Origin: Thermoanaerobaculia bacterium
Lineage (GTDB): Bacteria > Acidobacteriota > Thermoanaerobaculia > Multivoradales > UBA5704
Assembly: GCA_044866775.1 (NCBI GenBank)
Contig: JBIOUG010000142.1
Coordinates: forward strand, 1,847-65,846
Length of the DNA stretch: 64,000 nt
Direction: 5' to 3'
Part shown: positions 1 to 12,049 of the stretch, piece by piece
How the letters are laid out: each line of letters begins with the position of its first letter
Numbering within the stretch: the first letter of the stretch is position 1
Made by a program: the position numbers and the translations under genes
Notes under the pieces: generated by a model
Databases searched by the model: none
What the model was told of the DNA's origin: nothing
What the model saw: the letters and a program-made list of their open reading frames with translations, nothing else

Positions 1-16
1 CGGGGGAAAGGCCGAT

Positions 17-685
17 TTGAACGCCTATTGTCCCGATGCGCCCGAGTGGCCAAGTGACCTTACCAAGCCAAAGGTGGTCAAGTATGAAGCGCCGGCGCCG
101 GCTGACCGATACGGCGTCACCCGCGCCTGTTTCGCCGTCCAAATTGACGAAGCCGGCAATGTGACAGGAGTGCAGGCGGTCCGCGCAGACTCCGAAGATT
201 TCGCCGCGACCTCGGCAACTGCGGTGAGGCGGTGGCAGTTCGAGCCTGCAAGGAGGGGCTCAACGCCAGTCGCGGTAACGTATCTAATATCTGTCAAGAG
301 TGAGAAGAGCATAGGGGTGCCATCCAAAGAACTCTTGGAGCGGGCCGCAGGGTGGACTCGGCCTGCAGACAACGAGGATGAGGTTTTTGCGTTCAACGTC
401 TACAGAGCTGGAGCCGAGGCACTGCCGCGGGCGCTCGATGGCTGTGACTTCTTGGGCTCCGTCTCGGCAACGATTCCTGAAATTGGGTCACAGGGTAGCG
501 GGATCTATGATCCTACAGGGGTGCTACCCACAATCAAGGCTCGTGCCGCACGCAAATCAGCGAACACCGTCGTGGTATCTTTTATCCCGGGACCGTCGGA
601 GTACGGGCGTCGCACATTGCACGGCACTGCCTTTCGCTGCGGGAACCAGCCACTGCCGCCGGAACTGGGCGAGCCACTCAGATGA
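17..685 (+). CDS. hypothetical protein with TonB C-terminal-like domain (TTG start; may be 5'-partial at window edge)
   Basis: Segment KPKVVKYEAP...TRACFAVQIDEAGNVTGVQAVRADSEDFAATSATAVRRWQFEP resembles the TonB_C signature. It lies in the lower-GC left end and the start is uncertain. Confidence 0.4.
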   Translation: MNAYCPDAPEWPSDLTKPKVVKYEAPAPADRYGVTRACFAVQIDEAGNVTGVQAVRADSEDFAATSATAVRRWQFEPARRGSTPVAVTYLISVKSEKSIGVPSKELLERAAGWTRPADNEDEVFAFNVYRAGAEALPRALDGCDFLGSVSATIPEIGSQGSGIYDPTGVLPTIKARAARKSANTVVVSFIPGPSEYGRRTLHGTAFRCGNQPLPPELGEPLR

Positions 686-818
686 AAGCGGACCTGGCGG
701 CGCAAGTCCAGGTCGGAGCGGTTCGCCGGCCAACCCTCGCTTCGAGCGGACCGGCGGGCAACCGGCTCGCCACCAGTTACCGGCAAAGGCTACCGGCCGC
801 TCAAGCGGATCAGCGTTG

Positions 819-1328
819 ATGACAGACGCTCACTTGGATCCTCCAATGCTAGATAGCGCAACAAAGGCCACCGTGCTCTCCAATGAGCGTGGCTCGCTGC
901 GCTCCGAGATGATTGCCATTGGCATTGATCTACGAAGAACAGTCCTCGTATTTCTGACCGTGGGCCTCGCAGCAGCAGGTATCTACCTAGGCGATCCGCA
1001 GTTCCTGAGCGATTTACAGCGCTCCGCAGTGGTCTTTGCCCTATCTCAAATTGAGATCTTTCTGACTGCATACGGCATGTCCATGGCTGCTCATCAGAGG
1101 GTATTGGCTGGATATTGTGCCGCACTCGAAGATCAGATGAACTCACTTGCCGGGGAGGAGCTGTGTGTATGGGAATCGAAGGTTATTCCCCCTTCACCGA
1201 CCAATCGGCCCGTTTTTCCTAAGTTTCCTCATCTTCATGCTCTTTCTCACTGTGGCTTTTGCTGCCTTCATCTGGACTGCCTTTCAAGCGCTAAATCATT
1301 TCTTCGCTGGCGTACTTTCAACTCTTGA
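819..1328 (+). CDS. hypothetical membrane protein, possibly frameshifted
   Basis: ATG at 819 inside ORF 378..1328, with hydrophobic segments (VLVFLTVGLAAAGIYLG, AVVFALSQIEIFLTAYGMSMAA). A further strongly hydrophobic stretch continues in the overlapping frame 1147..1344 (GPFFLSFLIFMLFLTVAFAAFIWTAF), suggesting a frameshift. No family recognised. Confidence 0.3.
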   Translation: MTDAHLDPPMLDSATKATVLSNERGSLRSEMIAIGIDLRRTVLVFLTVGLAAAGIYLGDPQFLSDLQRSAVVFALSQIEIFLTAYGMSMAAHQRVLAGYCAALEDQMNSLAGEELCVWESKVIPPSPTNRPVFPKFPHLHALSHCGFCCLHLDCLSSAKSFLRWRTFNS

Positions 1329-1436
1329 GCTCGGGTCGATCTGAGGACTGCCTTGTTGAGCCGCCTCAGCGCAAGAGCGAGATTGTCGGGAATGGAGACG
1401 GCCGTTCGTCCATTGAGCAGAACAAGGGAGTGACCC

Positions 1437-2108
1437 ATGCGCAAGATAATCGTCGGCGCAATGGTTTCCATGGACGGCGTCATGCAGGCGCCCGGCGGGC
1501 CACTTGAGGATCCGAGCAAGGGCTTTAAGTTCGGCGGCTGGGAGATGCCCTATTTCGATCAAGAGTTTGGCGAAGAGCTCGATCGCGTCTTCAGGGAGAA
1601 GTTCGATCTCCTCCTCGGCCGCAAGACCTACGAGATTTTCGCCGCGTACTGGCCGTACTACGACGAAAACGCGCCCCACGGCAGCATCGCGAAATTGTTC
1701 AACGAGATCAAGAAGTACGCGGTTTCGCGCTCGGGCGAGGTCGATACGAGCTGGCAGGGCTCGGTGCTCCTCCGCGATATCGCCGACGTGAAGCATCTGA
1801 AGCAAGAGGACGGCCCTAACCTCGTCGCGCAGGGCAGTACCGAACTCGTGCATGCATTGCTCGCCAACGATCTGGTCGACGCGATGAGCATTTTTACGGT
1901 GCCGGTCGTTCTCGGCGGCGGCAAGAAGCTATTCGCGGACGGCTCGGCGCCGCATTCGTTCAAGCTGACCAGCTCGCGCGTTTCGTCCACCGGCGTCCTT
2001 ATCGGCCACTACGAGCGCGACGGTGAGATCAAGATCGTCGACGGCGCGCTCGATTCACCCAGCAAGCGTGAGATCGCCCGTCAGGAGCGGATGAAGCGCG
2101 AGGACTAA
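1437..2108 (+). CDS. dihydrofolate reductase family protein (RibD C-terminal domain type)
   Basis: MRKIIVGAMVSMDGVMQAPGGP...LLLGRKTYEIFAAYWP...VPVVLGGGKKLF is typical of the YwjB/RibD_C family. SD AAGGGAG lies upstream of the ATG. Confidence 0.85.
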   Translation: MRKIIVGAMVSMDGVMQAPGGPLEDPSKGFKFGGWEMPYFDQEFGEELDRVFREKFDLLLGRKTYEIFAAYWPYYDENAPHGSIAKLFNEIKKYAVSRSGEVDTSWQGSVLLRDIADVKHLKQEDGPNLVAQGSTELVHALLANDLVDAMSIFTVPVVLGGGKKLFADGSAPHSFKLTSSRVSSTGVLIGHYERDGEIKIVDGALDSPSKREIARQERMKRED

Positions 2109-2280
2109 AGGTTCGCCGACGCCGTCGGAGGCTATGTGAGGCGCCATCTAACACTTAGGTGGAACGGACGGGCCATGACCCGCCGGGCTTCATCAAAGCC
2201 CGCTATGGCCCGCCGTTCACCACGACGTTGAACGTCGGAAGCGCTACCCTCGGAGATTTCAGCCAACATCGGAGGTGCGA

Positions 2281-2667
2281 ATGCGAAGAGTCACAGGGAT
2301 TGGCGGCATCTTCATGAGCGCCAAGGATCCGAAGACGCTATGCGCTTGGTACAAGAAGCACCTCGGGATCGACGTTCAGGACTGGGGTGGAGCAGCCTTC
2401 ACCTGGACTGACTCCGAAGGCAACCCGACCAAGGGAACTACGGCCTGGTTGATCGGTCCAGCAGACGGCAAACACTTCGCTCCGAGCAAGTCGACCTTCA
2501 TGGTCAACTATCGAGTCGAAGATCTGGCAGCACTTCTTAAGGCACTGCGCGAGGAAGGTTGCGACGTGCTCGAGAAGACCGACGACTCGGAGTACGGGAA
2601 ATTCGGATGGGTCATGGATCCAGAGGGCAACAAAGTTGAACTCTGGGAACCGCCAGAAGGGCAATGA
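2281..2667 (+). CDS. VOC (glyoxalase/bleomycin resistance/dioxygenase) family protein
   Basis: GIGGIFMSAKDPKTLCAWYKKHLGI...GKFGWVMDPEGNKVELWEP is typical of the VOC fold. GGAGG lies 5 nt before the ATG at 2281 (the track starts at GTG 2275). Confidence 0.8.
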   Translation: MRRVTGIGGIFMSAKDPKTLCAWYKKHLGIDVQDWGGAAFTWTDSEGNPTKGTTAWLIGPADGKHFAPSKSTFMVNYRVEDLAALLKALREEGCDVLEKTDDSEYGKFGWVMDPEGNKVELWEPPEGQ

Positions 2668-2777
2668 AGTTCGGTTACTCGCGAGGAGGACCGTCGTCTA
2701 ACCCGGCATATCTGGACTCCTCCCGCAAGAACCTGAGCGACGAGCCGTGGCGGCGATCGTGAAGACTGCAGTCATAT

Positions 2778-3017
2778 CTACGGCCTCTGAGTGGAGCCAC
2801 TGGAGCTCCGGGCCATGATGGGTTGGAGCTGGCGCGCCCAGAAGTGGGCGGTGCCGCAGGCCTCGAGCAGGACGAGCGCCGGTTGGCGCTTGGCGAAAAA
2901 GGGCAGCAACTGGGTCCGGGAGAGTCGGCGAGACTCTGCCACCTTGCCGGGATGCCGCGACACCGCCACCTGAAACACGTTCTTTGCGAGATCTACTGCG
3001 ATGGTCGTAGACTGCAT
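2778..3017 (-). pseudogene. IS110-family transposase, N-terminal fragment only
   Basis: TIAVDLAKNVFQVAV...LVLLEACGTAHFWARQL matches the DEDD_Tnp_IS110 N-terminus. The reading frame ends after ~65 homologous residues. Confidence 0.6.
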
Positions 3018-3245
3018 AGCGGACTCCTCCTTTCGGTTGGCACCGGCGACTCTGGCACATCGATGCCGTCTGAGTCGCAGGAGGAGTCCATCCCATCATC
3101 ATAAGAAAGCCACGCTCTCGTGGCTCCGATGAAGCGATGAGGCGGCCCTCCCTCCCCGATCGTGACTTGGCGGCTTCCCCCGTTGGGGAGATGCTCGGGT
3201 TGATATCGAGACCTGGGCGTCGAGCCCCAGCGAGGGAGTACCGCA

Positions 3246-3962
3246 ATGCAACGATATCGCGGGTTGGACGTGCACTCCGAGAGCTGCACCGTGAGCGTGC
3301 TCGGCGAGGCGGGCAAGGAGGTGCGGCGGGACGTGGTGGAGACCAATGGGCAGGCGTTGGTCGGCTTGCTCGAGCAGATCCCTGGGACGCTCCACCTGTG
3401 CGTGGAAGAGGGCGAGTGGAGCCAGTGGCTCTACGAGATCCTCTCGCCGCATGTGGCGAAGATGGTCGTGGTCTGGGCGGAGAGCAAGCGCGGAGCGAAG
3501 AGCGATGCGATCGACGCTCGCGGGCTCGCCGAGCGACTGCGGACCGGGCGGCTGGGGCGAGTGGTCTACAAGGCCGCCAGGGAGTACGGCCGCCTGCGCG
3601 AGCTGGCGCGGGTGTATGGGCTGCTGACGCGCGCTGTGGCGCGCACGAAGAACCGGATCAAGAGCTTGTTCCGGCGGCGTGGGGTGCCGTGTTCAGGCGC
3701 CGCGATCTATCACGCCGAGGTGCGGGAGAAGCGGCTCGCGGCGCCGCCGCCGGCGATGCGGCAGGCGGTGGAGCTGTTGGGGTTCGAGCTCGAGTGCCTC
3801 GAGGAGCTGAAGGCCGAGGCGGAAGCAGCGATGCTCGAGGAGGCCGGCCGGTACCGCATTGCGCGGCTTCTCGAGACGGCTCCTGGAATGGGACCCATCC
3901 GGGTGGCGCAGATGCTGCCGATCGTCGTCACTCCACACCGCTTCCGGACCAAGCGCGTGTAG
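3246..3962 (+). mobile_element. IS110-family transposase gene, 3'-truncated (remnant)
   Basis: YRGLDVHSESCTV...KSDAIDARGLAERLRTG (N domain) and LLETAPGMGPIRVAQML...PHRFRTKR (start of the Transposase_20 domain), then a premature end. No inverted repeats or target duplication recognised. Confidence 0.75.
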
Positions 3963-4082
3963 GCTTGACATCGCTTTCTATGGACCTCGCTCAACCGGAC
4001 GCCCAACAGCCGGCTTCGCCGTTTGTCGGTCGCCGATTAGCTCGAACGTTGGCCGGCGGGACACGAGACGGAGGAGGAAGTC

Positions 4083-4274
4083 ATGAGTAAGAAGGGAAGT
4101 GACCCGGACAGAGTCAGTCGTCAGAGCGCCTCGATTTTCGGCCTTGGCATCGGCGAGGCACATAAAACGACGATTCACAAGGGTGGTGCCACCTACTCGG
4201 GGAAGGGCACCAGCCGCAGTGCTGCTGACAAGGAGGCGGGCGACAAGTACCGTAAGGGCTACAAGGATCGGTAG
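4083..4274 (+). CDS. small hydrophilic hypothetical protein (63 aa)
   Basis: Strong SD GGAGGAGGAAGTC directly before the ATG. No family recognised. Confidence 0.4.
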   Translation: MSKKGSDPDRVSRQSASIFGLGIGEAHKTTIHKGGATYSGKGTSRSAADKEAGDKYRKGYKDR

Positions 4275-4553
4275 CCAGGGTTCGACGTGCGGGAGGCGGC
4301 CAACCTCTCGTTGCACCGCACGCCGCGGAGCGAGCCGCCTCGCGGATCAGTTCCCGCGGGCCGAGTACTTCGAGGTGAGCACCGAGGGCGGGAGGATCGT
4401 GCTGCGGCCGGTCGAGGTCGAGCCACTCGGTCGCGTCCAGGAGAAGTTGGCCGAGATCGGGCTCGACGAGGATGACATCCGCGCCGCCGTCGAGTGGGCG
4501 CGGACTGGCCCGGTCAGTCGTAGCGAATCCGTTCAGGCCCCGTGGCGCGCGCC

Positions 4554-5084
4554 TCAGGCGCCTGACCGCCCGCCGCGCAGCACCTCCCGGTGCTGGCGCC
4601 AGGCGGCGCGGGCGGCGGCGAGGTCTTCGCGGGTCAGGCCGAGCTCGCTCGCCACCTGGCGGATGACGGTCTCCTCGACTCCCGAAACCGAGTCGTCGGC
4701 CGCCGAGACCTCGAACAGGCAGTCGAGCAGCTCCCGGCGCTGCTCGCGGGTCGCGAGCTGCCGGAACTCGCGGGTGACCAGGAAGTCCTCGGTGCCGCCG
4801 GCGGCTTCGGCCTGCGCCTTGGCGATCGCGACCGCCAGCGCCGCCTGCGGCTCCGGCAGGTGACCGCGCGCGACCAGGATGCGCTCCATCCGGCGGGTCT
4901 CCTGGTCGGAGATCGTGAGGTCGGCGTGGGCGACCCGCGAGAGGATGTAGGCGAAGGCCGCCAGGTAGCGGGCCTGCTCGGGTGGGAGCGTGTCGAGCCG
5001 GCGGACGATCTCGCGCACGGTGTCCGTCTCTCCGGCCCCGGCGGCGGCGGCTCCCCTGCGGCCCAGCAGCTCCCAGATCGACAT
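4554..5084 (-). CDS. TerB-family (tellurite resistance TerB-like) protein
   Basis: YLAAFAYILSRVAHADLTISDQETRRMERIL...RRELLDCLFEVSAADDSVSGVEETVIRQVASELGL is the two-repeat TerB-like pattern. Start taken at the internal ATG (MSIWELL). Confidence 0.7.
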   Translation of the reverse strand: MSIWELLGRRGAAAAGAGETDTVREIVRRLDTLPPEQARYLAAFAYILSRVAHADLTISDQETRRMERILVARGHLPEPQAALAVAIAKAQAEAAGGTEDFLVTREFRQLATREQRRELLDCLFEVSAADDSVSGVEETVIRQVASELGLTREDLAAARAAWRQHREVLRGGRSGA

Positions 5085-5170
5085 CGACGTCCGTCCGTCT
5101 CGCGCACCGGTTGTCCCACAGATGCCACCAGCCCGCACCTTACGGTCGGGCTTCTCTGCGGGACAACGAC

Positions 5171-5199
5171 TTGACAGAAGCTTGGCGCATCCTTACACT
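5171..5199 (+). promoter_or_regulatory. sigma70-like promoter upstream of the S8 protease gene
   Basis: TTGACA (5171..5176), 17-nt spacer, then TACACT (5194..5199). This would give a ~140-nt leader before the ATG at 5346. Confidence 0.45.
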
Positions 5200-5345
5200 G
5201 CGCCGGTTTCGCTCAGGGCAAGTGCAGAGCCTGGCTGCCGAGGCTCCCGAAGTCAATGGGGGCAGGTGCTCGCTGCTCGTCGACGACAGGTCCGGTTGTG
5301 GACCGTTTCAGATACGTCCTCTGTCCCTCTAAGGAGAACTCAAGG

Positions 5346-6704
5346 ATGAGCAAGAGAGCGGTTTCCCTCATGGCCGTCCTGCTGCTGCTCGCGGCGGGCG
5401 CGGCATCGGCCGAGCAGTACGTGCTGACGGCTCCCGGCAAGTGGAAGCAGAGCCACAGCGATGCGGTCGCCGCCGCCGGCGGCACCCTGGTGTGGTCGCA
5501 CGGCGGCAGCGGCTTCGGCGTCGCCACCTCGGACAACACCAACTTCCTCGCCAACCTGCAGGCGATCGGCGGCTTCCAGAGCGCGGCGGCCGACATGGTG
5601 GTCGACTGGGTGGGACCGATGGCGGTCGAGGAAGGGCTGACCGACCAGTCGGTGAACACGAGCAACGACCGCTTCTTCCCGATCCAGTGGAACATGCAGG
5701 CCATCCAGGCTCCGGCCGCCTGGGCCGCTGGCTGCACCGGCGACGGCGTGCGGGTTGCGGTCATCGACGGCGGCATCTTCTCCGCGCACCAGGACCTCGT
5801 CGCCAACCTCGACGTCGCCTGCTCGGCCTCGTTTGTCCCCGGCCAACCGTTCAACAACGACACCGGCACCTTCTGGCACGGCACGCACGTGGCGGGCATC
5901 ATCGCTGCGGCGGACAACACCGTCGGCACCGTCGGCGTCGCTCCCGACGCCACGATCATCGGCGTCAAGGCGCTGCACGGCGGCAGCGGCACGTTCGGCG
6001 CCGTCATCGGCGCCATCCTCTACTCCGCCGATCCGGCGGCCTTCGGCGCCACCAGTTGCGCGCGCGCCGACATCATCAACATGAGCCTCGGGGCCCAGTT
6101 CAACATGAACGAGCCCGGCGCCGGCCCCCTGGTTGCGGCGCTCAACCAGGCCGTGAACTTCGCCGGCAGCAAGGGCGTGCTGGTCGTCTCGGCGGCCGCC
6201 AACAGCGGCATCGACTACGGCCAGGCCGGCAACCTCACGGTGACGCCGTGCCAGGCCGGCAGCGGCATCTGCGTCTCGGCGACCGGCCCCATGGGCTTCG
6301 CCCTCGGCGCCACCAACTTCCGCCGTCCCGCCTCCTACAGCAACTTCGGCGAGGGGCTGGTCTCGGTCGCCGGCCCGGGCGGTGACTTCGTGCTGCCGGG
6401 CAGCGCGATCTGCACCATGGCGACCAACGGCGCGCCGACCACCAACTTCTGCTGGGTATTTGACCTGGTGCTCGCCCCCTGCCGCGGCACCACCACCAAC
6501 AACTACTGCTTCGCCGCCGGCACCAGCATGGCGACGCCGGCCACGGCCGGCGTGGCGGCGCTGATCCTGGGCAACAATCCCGGGATGTCGGTTGGCGCCC
6601 TCAAGACCGCCCTCTACCAGAGCGCCGACGACGAGGGCAAGGTCGGCAACGACGAGTTCTACGGTCACGGGTTCGTGAACGCCGCCAACGCCTGCGCGCA
6701 GTAG
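5346..6704 (+). CDS. secreted S8 (subtilisin-like) serine peptidase
   Basis: Signal peptide MSKRAVSLMAVLLLLAAGAASA. Catalytic motifs are VAVIDGGI (Asp), HGTHVAGIIAA (His) and GTSMATPATAG (Ser). Confidence 0.9.
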   Translation: MSKRAVSLMAVLLLLAAGAASAEQYVLTAPGKWKQSHSDAVAAAGGTLVWSHGGSGFGVATSDNTNFLANLQAIGGFQSAAADMVVDWVGPMAVEEGLTDQSVNTSNDRFFPIQWNMQAIQAPAAWAAGCTGDGVRVAVIDGGIFSAHQDLVANLDVACSASFVPGQPFNNDTGTFWHGTHVAGIIAAADNTVGTVGVAPDATIIGVKALHGGSGTFGAVIGAILYSADPAAFGATSCARADIINMSLGAQFNMNEPGAGPLVAALNQAVNFAGSKGVLVVSAAANSGIDYGQAGNLTVTPCQAGSGICVSATGPMGFALGATNFRRPASYSNFGEGLVSVAGPGGDFVLPGSAICTMATNGAPTTNFCWVFDLVLAPCRGTTTNNYCFAAGTSMATPATAGVAALILGNNPGMSVGALKTALYQSADDEGKVGNDEFYGHGFVNAANACAQ

Positions 6705-6730
6705 GCGACCCGCCTCGCAAGTGCTTGATT

Positions 6731-6775
6731 CGAGGGGGGCTCCGGCCCCCCTCGCCGTTTCTGCCACGGCAGAAA
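6731..6775 (+). terminator. tandem hairpins downstream of the S8 gene (likely intrinsic terminator)
   Basis: CGAGGGGGGC-tccg-GCCCCCCTCG (10-bp stem) followed by CCGTTTCTG. A second hairpin is TTTCTGC-cacg-GCAGAAA. Confidence 0.6.
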
Positions 6776-6895
6776 TACCCCCGCCCCCCGGCGTGTTACA
6801 CTTGCCGTACTTCAAGCGAAGTGAAGCCGTGCGCGGCGACCTGCGCCGCCAGGGCCCTCGACTGATCGCGCGTTGCTCCGGAGGCTAGAGGACCC

Positions 6896-9151
<2,256 letters not shown>

Positions 9152-9235
9152 GGCTCGATCCGCGCCGCCAGGCAGCGGTTTTGCAGTCGTTTTGCGCCAA
9201 CCCGGAAAGCCACGCGACCAGACCAAGGAGGAATC

Positions 9236-9577
9236 ATGAATCTGTACGTGGGGAACCTGTCCTACCGACTCACGGAGGACGAGCTGCGGCAGGCCTTCGA
9301 GGAGTACGGCCAGGTCTCGTCTTGCACCATCATCAAGGACCGCGCGACCGGCGAGTCCAAGGGGTTCGGCTTCCTCGAGATGCCGGAACGCTCCGAGGCC
9401 GAGAGGGCGATGCAGAACCTCAACGGCCAAGACCTCAAGGGACGCAAGCTGAACGTCAACGAAGCGCGGCCGCGCAGCGAGTCCGGCGGCGGTGGCGGCG
9501 GGCGCGGGGGCTACGGCGGCGGCGGTGGCGGCGGGCGCGGGGGCTTCCGCGAGAGCGGCGGACGGGACAGGTACTAG
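9236..9577 (+). CDS. RRM-type RNA-binding protein with Gly/Arg-rich tail
   Basis: MNLYVGNLSY (RNP2) and KGFGFLEM (RNP1), with a C-terminal GGGGGGRGGYGGGGGGGRGGF. SD AAGGAGG. Confidence 0.9.
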   Translation: MNLYVGNLSYRLTEDELRQAFEEYGQVSSCTIIKDRATGESKGFGFLEMPERSEAERAMQNLNGQDLKGRKLNVNEARPRSESGGGGGGRGGYGGGGGGGRGGFRESGGRDRY

Positions 9578-9707
9578 ACCAGGTCCGGTAAGAACTTCCC
9601 ACCTCGACCTTCGCAAGGCATCGCGACGGCACAGGACGCGGCGGCGGGCCGCGACGGCGGAGCTGTGCTCGCGCCTGATATCTTGACCTCGCCCCGGAGG
9701 AGCCCAC

Positions 9708-10892
9708 ATGCTGGCCGAACGCATCCCCGCTATCCAGCAGGCGCTCGCCGAGAGCGGCGCCGACGCCTGGCTCTTCGCCTGCTTCCAGTTGAACGACCCG
9801 GTGAGCCTGGACCTGCTGGGGCTCGGCGAGCGCCTGGTGACGCGGCGCTGCTACTACCTGGTGCCGCGGCAGGGCGAGCCGCGCAAGCTGGTCCATGCCC
9901 TCGAGCCGGCGATGCTCGAGCACCTGCCGGGAGCGACGGCCTCCTATCTCACCTGGCGCGAGCACCGCGAGGGCGTCGCGGCCCTGGTCGGGGGCTGCCG
10001 CCGGCTCGCCGCGCAGTACAGCCCGAAGAACGAGCTGCCTTCGGTGTCGCGGCTCGACGCCGGCACCGCCGAGCTGCTGCGCGAGGCCGGCGCCGAGCTG
10101 GTCTCCGCCGCCGACTTGGTGCAGCGCTTCGCCGCCACCTGGAGCGACGAGCAGCTCGCCGGCCACCGCCGCGCCTGCGCCGAGCTCCATCGCATCGTGC
10201 TCGCCGCCTTCGACCGCGCCCGCGCCGCCCTCGCCCGCCGCGAGGAGCTCGACGAGTACACCCTGCAGCGCTTCATCGTCGAGGCTTTCGACCAGGCCGG
10301 GCTGTGGGCCGAGGCCGACCCGATCGTGGCCGTCAACGCCCACAGCGCCGATCCGCACTACCAGCCCGGCGCCGAGGGGTCGTGGCCGATCCGCGCCGGC
10401 GACTTCCTGCTCATCGACCTGTGGGCGAAGGAGCTGCGGCCCGGCAGCGTCTACGCCGACATCACCTGGTGCGGCGTCTGCGCCGCGGCGCCGACCGCGC
10501 GGCAGCAGGAGGTCTTCTCGGTGGTGGCCGCCGCCCGCGACGCCGCCTGGGAGCTGGTGCGCGGCCGCTACCCGGCGCAGACGGTGCGCGGCTTCGAGGT
10601 GGACGACGCGGCGCGCGAGACGATCCGCCGCGCCGGCTACGGCGAGCGGTTCATCCACCGCACCGGGCACTCGATCGGCGTCGCCGACCACGGCCAGGGC
10701 GCCAATATGGACAATCTGGAGACCCACGACACCCGCCCGCTCCTCGCCATGACCGGCTTCTCGATCGAGCCCGGGATCTACCTGACCGGGGACTTCGGCG
10801 TCCGCAGCGAGATCAACGTGGCGCTGACCGCCGAGGCGGCCGAGATCACCGGCGGCGAGCCGCAGCGCGAGCTGCTGCGGCTGCTCGCGTAG
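9708..10892 (+). CDS. M24-family metallopeptidase (Xaa-Pro peptidase-like)
   Basis: Metal-ligand pattern is FLLIDLWAKE...YADITW, HRTGHSIG, FSIEPGIY, SEINV. Confidence 0.85.
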   Translation: MLAERIPAIQQALAESGADAWLFACFQLNDPVSLDLLGLGERLVTRRCYYLVPRQGEPRKLVHALEPAMLEHLPGATASYLTWREHREGVAALVGGCRRLAAQYSPKNELPSVSRLDAGTAELLREAGAELVSAADLVQRFAATWSDEQLAGHRRACAELHRIVLAAFDRARAALARREELDEYTLQRFIVEAFDQAGLWAEADPIVAVNAHSADPHYQPGAEGSWPIRAGDFLLIDLWAKELRPGSVYADITWCGVCAAAPTARQQEVFSVVAAARDAAWELVRGRYPAQTVRGFEVDDAARETIRRAGYGERFIHRTGHSIGVADHGQGANMDNLETHDTRPLLAMTGFSIEPGIYLTGDFGVRSEINVALTAEAAEITGGEPQRELLRLLA

Positions 10893-10921
10893 GGACGGAC
10901 CGCCCCCGCGGTGCCGGAGCA

Positions 10922-11887
10922 ATGAATCTTCTCGGCCGCGGTAAAGTCGGAGAGTCGCTTCCCGAGGTCCCGCGCGAACAGCACCCCGGCGCCGAGTGGC
11001 GCGCCGACTCGCTCGCCCGCAGCCGGCACGCCCGCCTCGACACCTCCGTCGAGCCGCCCGTCGCGACCGACCCCGAGCGCGCCGCCGCCCTCTGCGCCGA
11101 GATCTGCCGCGCCGCGCTCGGCGATTTCGCTCCGGCGCTGCTGCTCGTGGCGCCGGCCGAGCGGCCGCGCCTCCAGGCGTTGGTCGCCTACGCCCGGACG
11201 CTCTTCGACTTCGCGCGCGACCACGGCGTCGAAGGCGAGCGCTTGGCGCAGCTCAACCGCTGGCAGTTCGCGCTCGAGAGCGCTCTCGACGGCGAGCCGG
11301 CGGGGCAGCCGATCGACCTCGCCATGGCGCGCGAGCACGCCCGGCGTCCCTGGCCGCCGGCGGCCCTCGACCGGCTCTCGGCCTGCGCCCGCCTTCAGGT
11401 GATGCAGCCGATGCCGGGGACGGCGGAGGTGGTGGAGCGCCGGGCGGTGGAGCTGGCCGGTGCGGCGGCCGAGGCGCTGCTCGGCCGGCCGGGCGGCGAG
11501 GAGCTGGTGGCCTTCGCTGCGGCGCTGGTGCGCCTCCATTCCCTGCAGAACCTCGCGAGCGCGCGCGCCAGGAACCGCTGGCCGCTGCCGGCGAGCGAGC
11601 TGCCCGCGCGCGACCTCGAGCCGGCGGAGCTGCCGCCCGCCGCCGTCCGCGCGGCGGTGCGGCGCGAGTGCGAGCGGCTGCGGCCGCTCCTGCTGCGGGC
11701 GCCGCGCGCCCTCGCCGGGCTCGACCCCGCCTACCGCCGCGCCGCGCTCTTCGCCCTCCTCGCCGCGCTCTCCCTCCTGGCACGCATCGAACAGGCCGGC
11801 AGCACGCTTCTCAGCCGGCCGCCGCGCCTCGGCCTGGCGGCTCGGCTCGCGCTGCTCCTGCGAGCGCGCTGGGGAAAGCTCAGGTAG
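10922..11887 (+). CDS. divergent squalene/phytoene synthase-family protein
   Basis: Weak resemblance to the isoprenoid synthase fold ([38 protein letters not shown] vs QltNilRDv.eD..gR.YlP). Canonical Asp-rich motifs are not evident. Confidence 0.4.
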   Translation: MNLLGRGKVGESLPEVPREQHPGAEWRADSLARSRHARLDTSVEPPVATDPERAAALCAEICRAALGDFAPALLLVAPAERPRLQALVAYARTLFDFARDHGVEGERLAQLNRWQFALESALDGEPAGQPIDLAMAREHARRPWPPAALDRLSACARLQVMQPMPGTAEVVERRAVELAGAAAEALLGRPGGEELVAFAAALVRLHSLQNLASARARNRWPLPASELPARDLEPAELPPAAVRAAVRRECERLRPLLLRAPRALAGLDPAYRRAALFALLAALSLLARIEQAGSTLLSRPPRLGLAARLALLLRARWGKLR

Positions 11888-11911
11888 ACACGAGCAGCGG
11901 AGTCCGTGGTG

Positions 11912-12049
11912 ATGCTCTCCCTCGAGGACTACAATGCGCTCGAAGAGACGGCCTACCTGTTGCGCAGCCCGAAAAACGCGAAGCGTCTGCTCGAGGCAAT
12001 CGCCGATCTCGAACGGGGTCGGGGAACGGAACGAGCGCTCGCCGAGTGA
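11912..12049 (+). pseudogene. yefM: 5'-truncated YefM/Phd antitoxin (C-terminal toxin-binding half only)
   Basis: (VV)[36 protein letters not shown] equals the C-terminal half of YefM. The N-terminal ~40 aa are absent. It is in the same frame as, and directly behind, the TAG of the upstream gene. Its stop overlaps the yoeB GTG (GTGA). Confidence 0.65.

Noticed and set aside
4340-4510. AbrB/SpoVT-type antitoxin-like segment (EYFEVSTEGGRIVLRPVEVEP...DDIRAAVEWAR)
   Set aside because: No credible start codon or N-terminal half was found. The frame runs without a stop into the antisense of the TerB-like gene. It is at best a gene fragment, so it is mentioned only under the islet finding.
5346-6704. 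S8 subtilisin-like protease as the missing LanP of the lanthipeptide cluster
   Set aside because: It is ~6.4 kb away on the opposite strand and separated by housekeeping-type genes (Slt, RRM protein, M24 peptidase, TA, DtxR). The GG leader plus C39 domain already explains processing.
9485-9545. 33-bp direct repeat (ggcggcggtggcggcgggcgcgggggct x2)
   Set aside because: It lies inside the RRM gene and simply encodes the duplicated GGGGGGRGG(Y/F) tail, so it is not an independent element.
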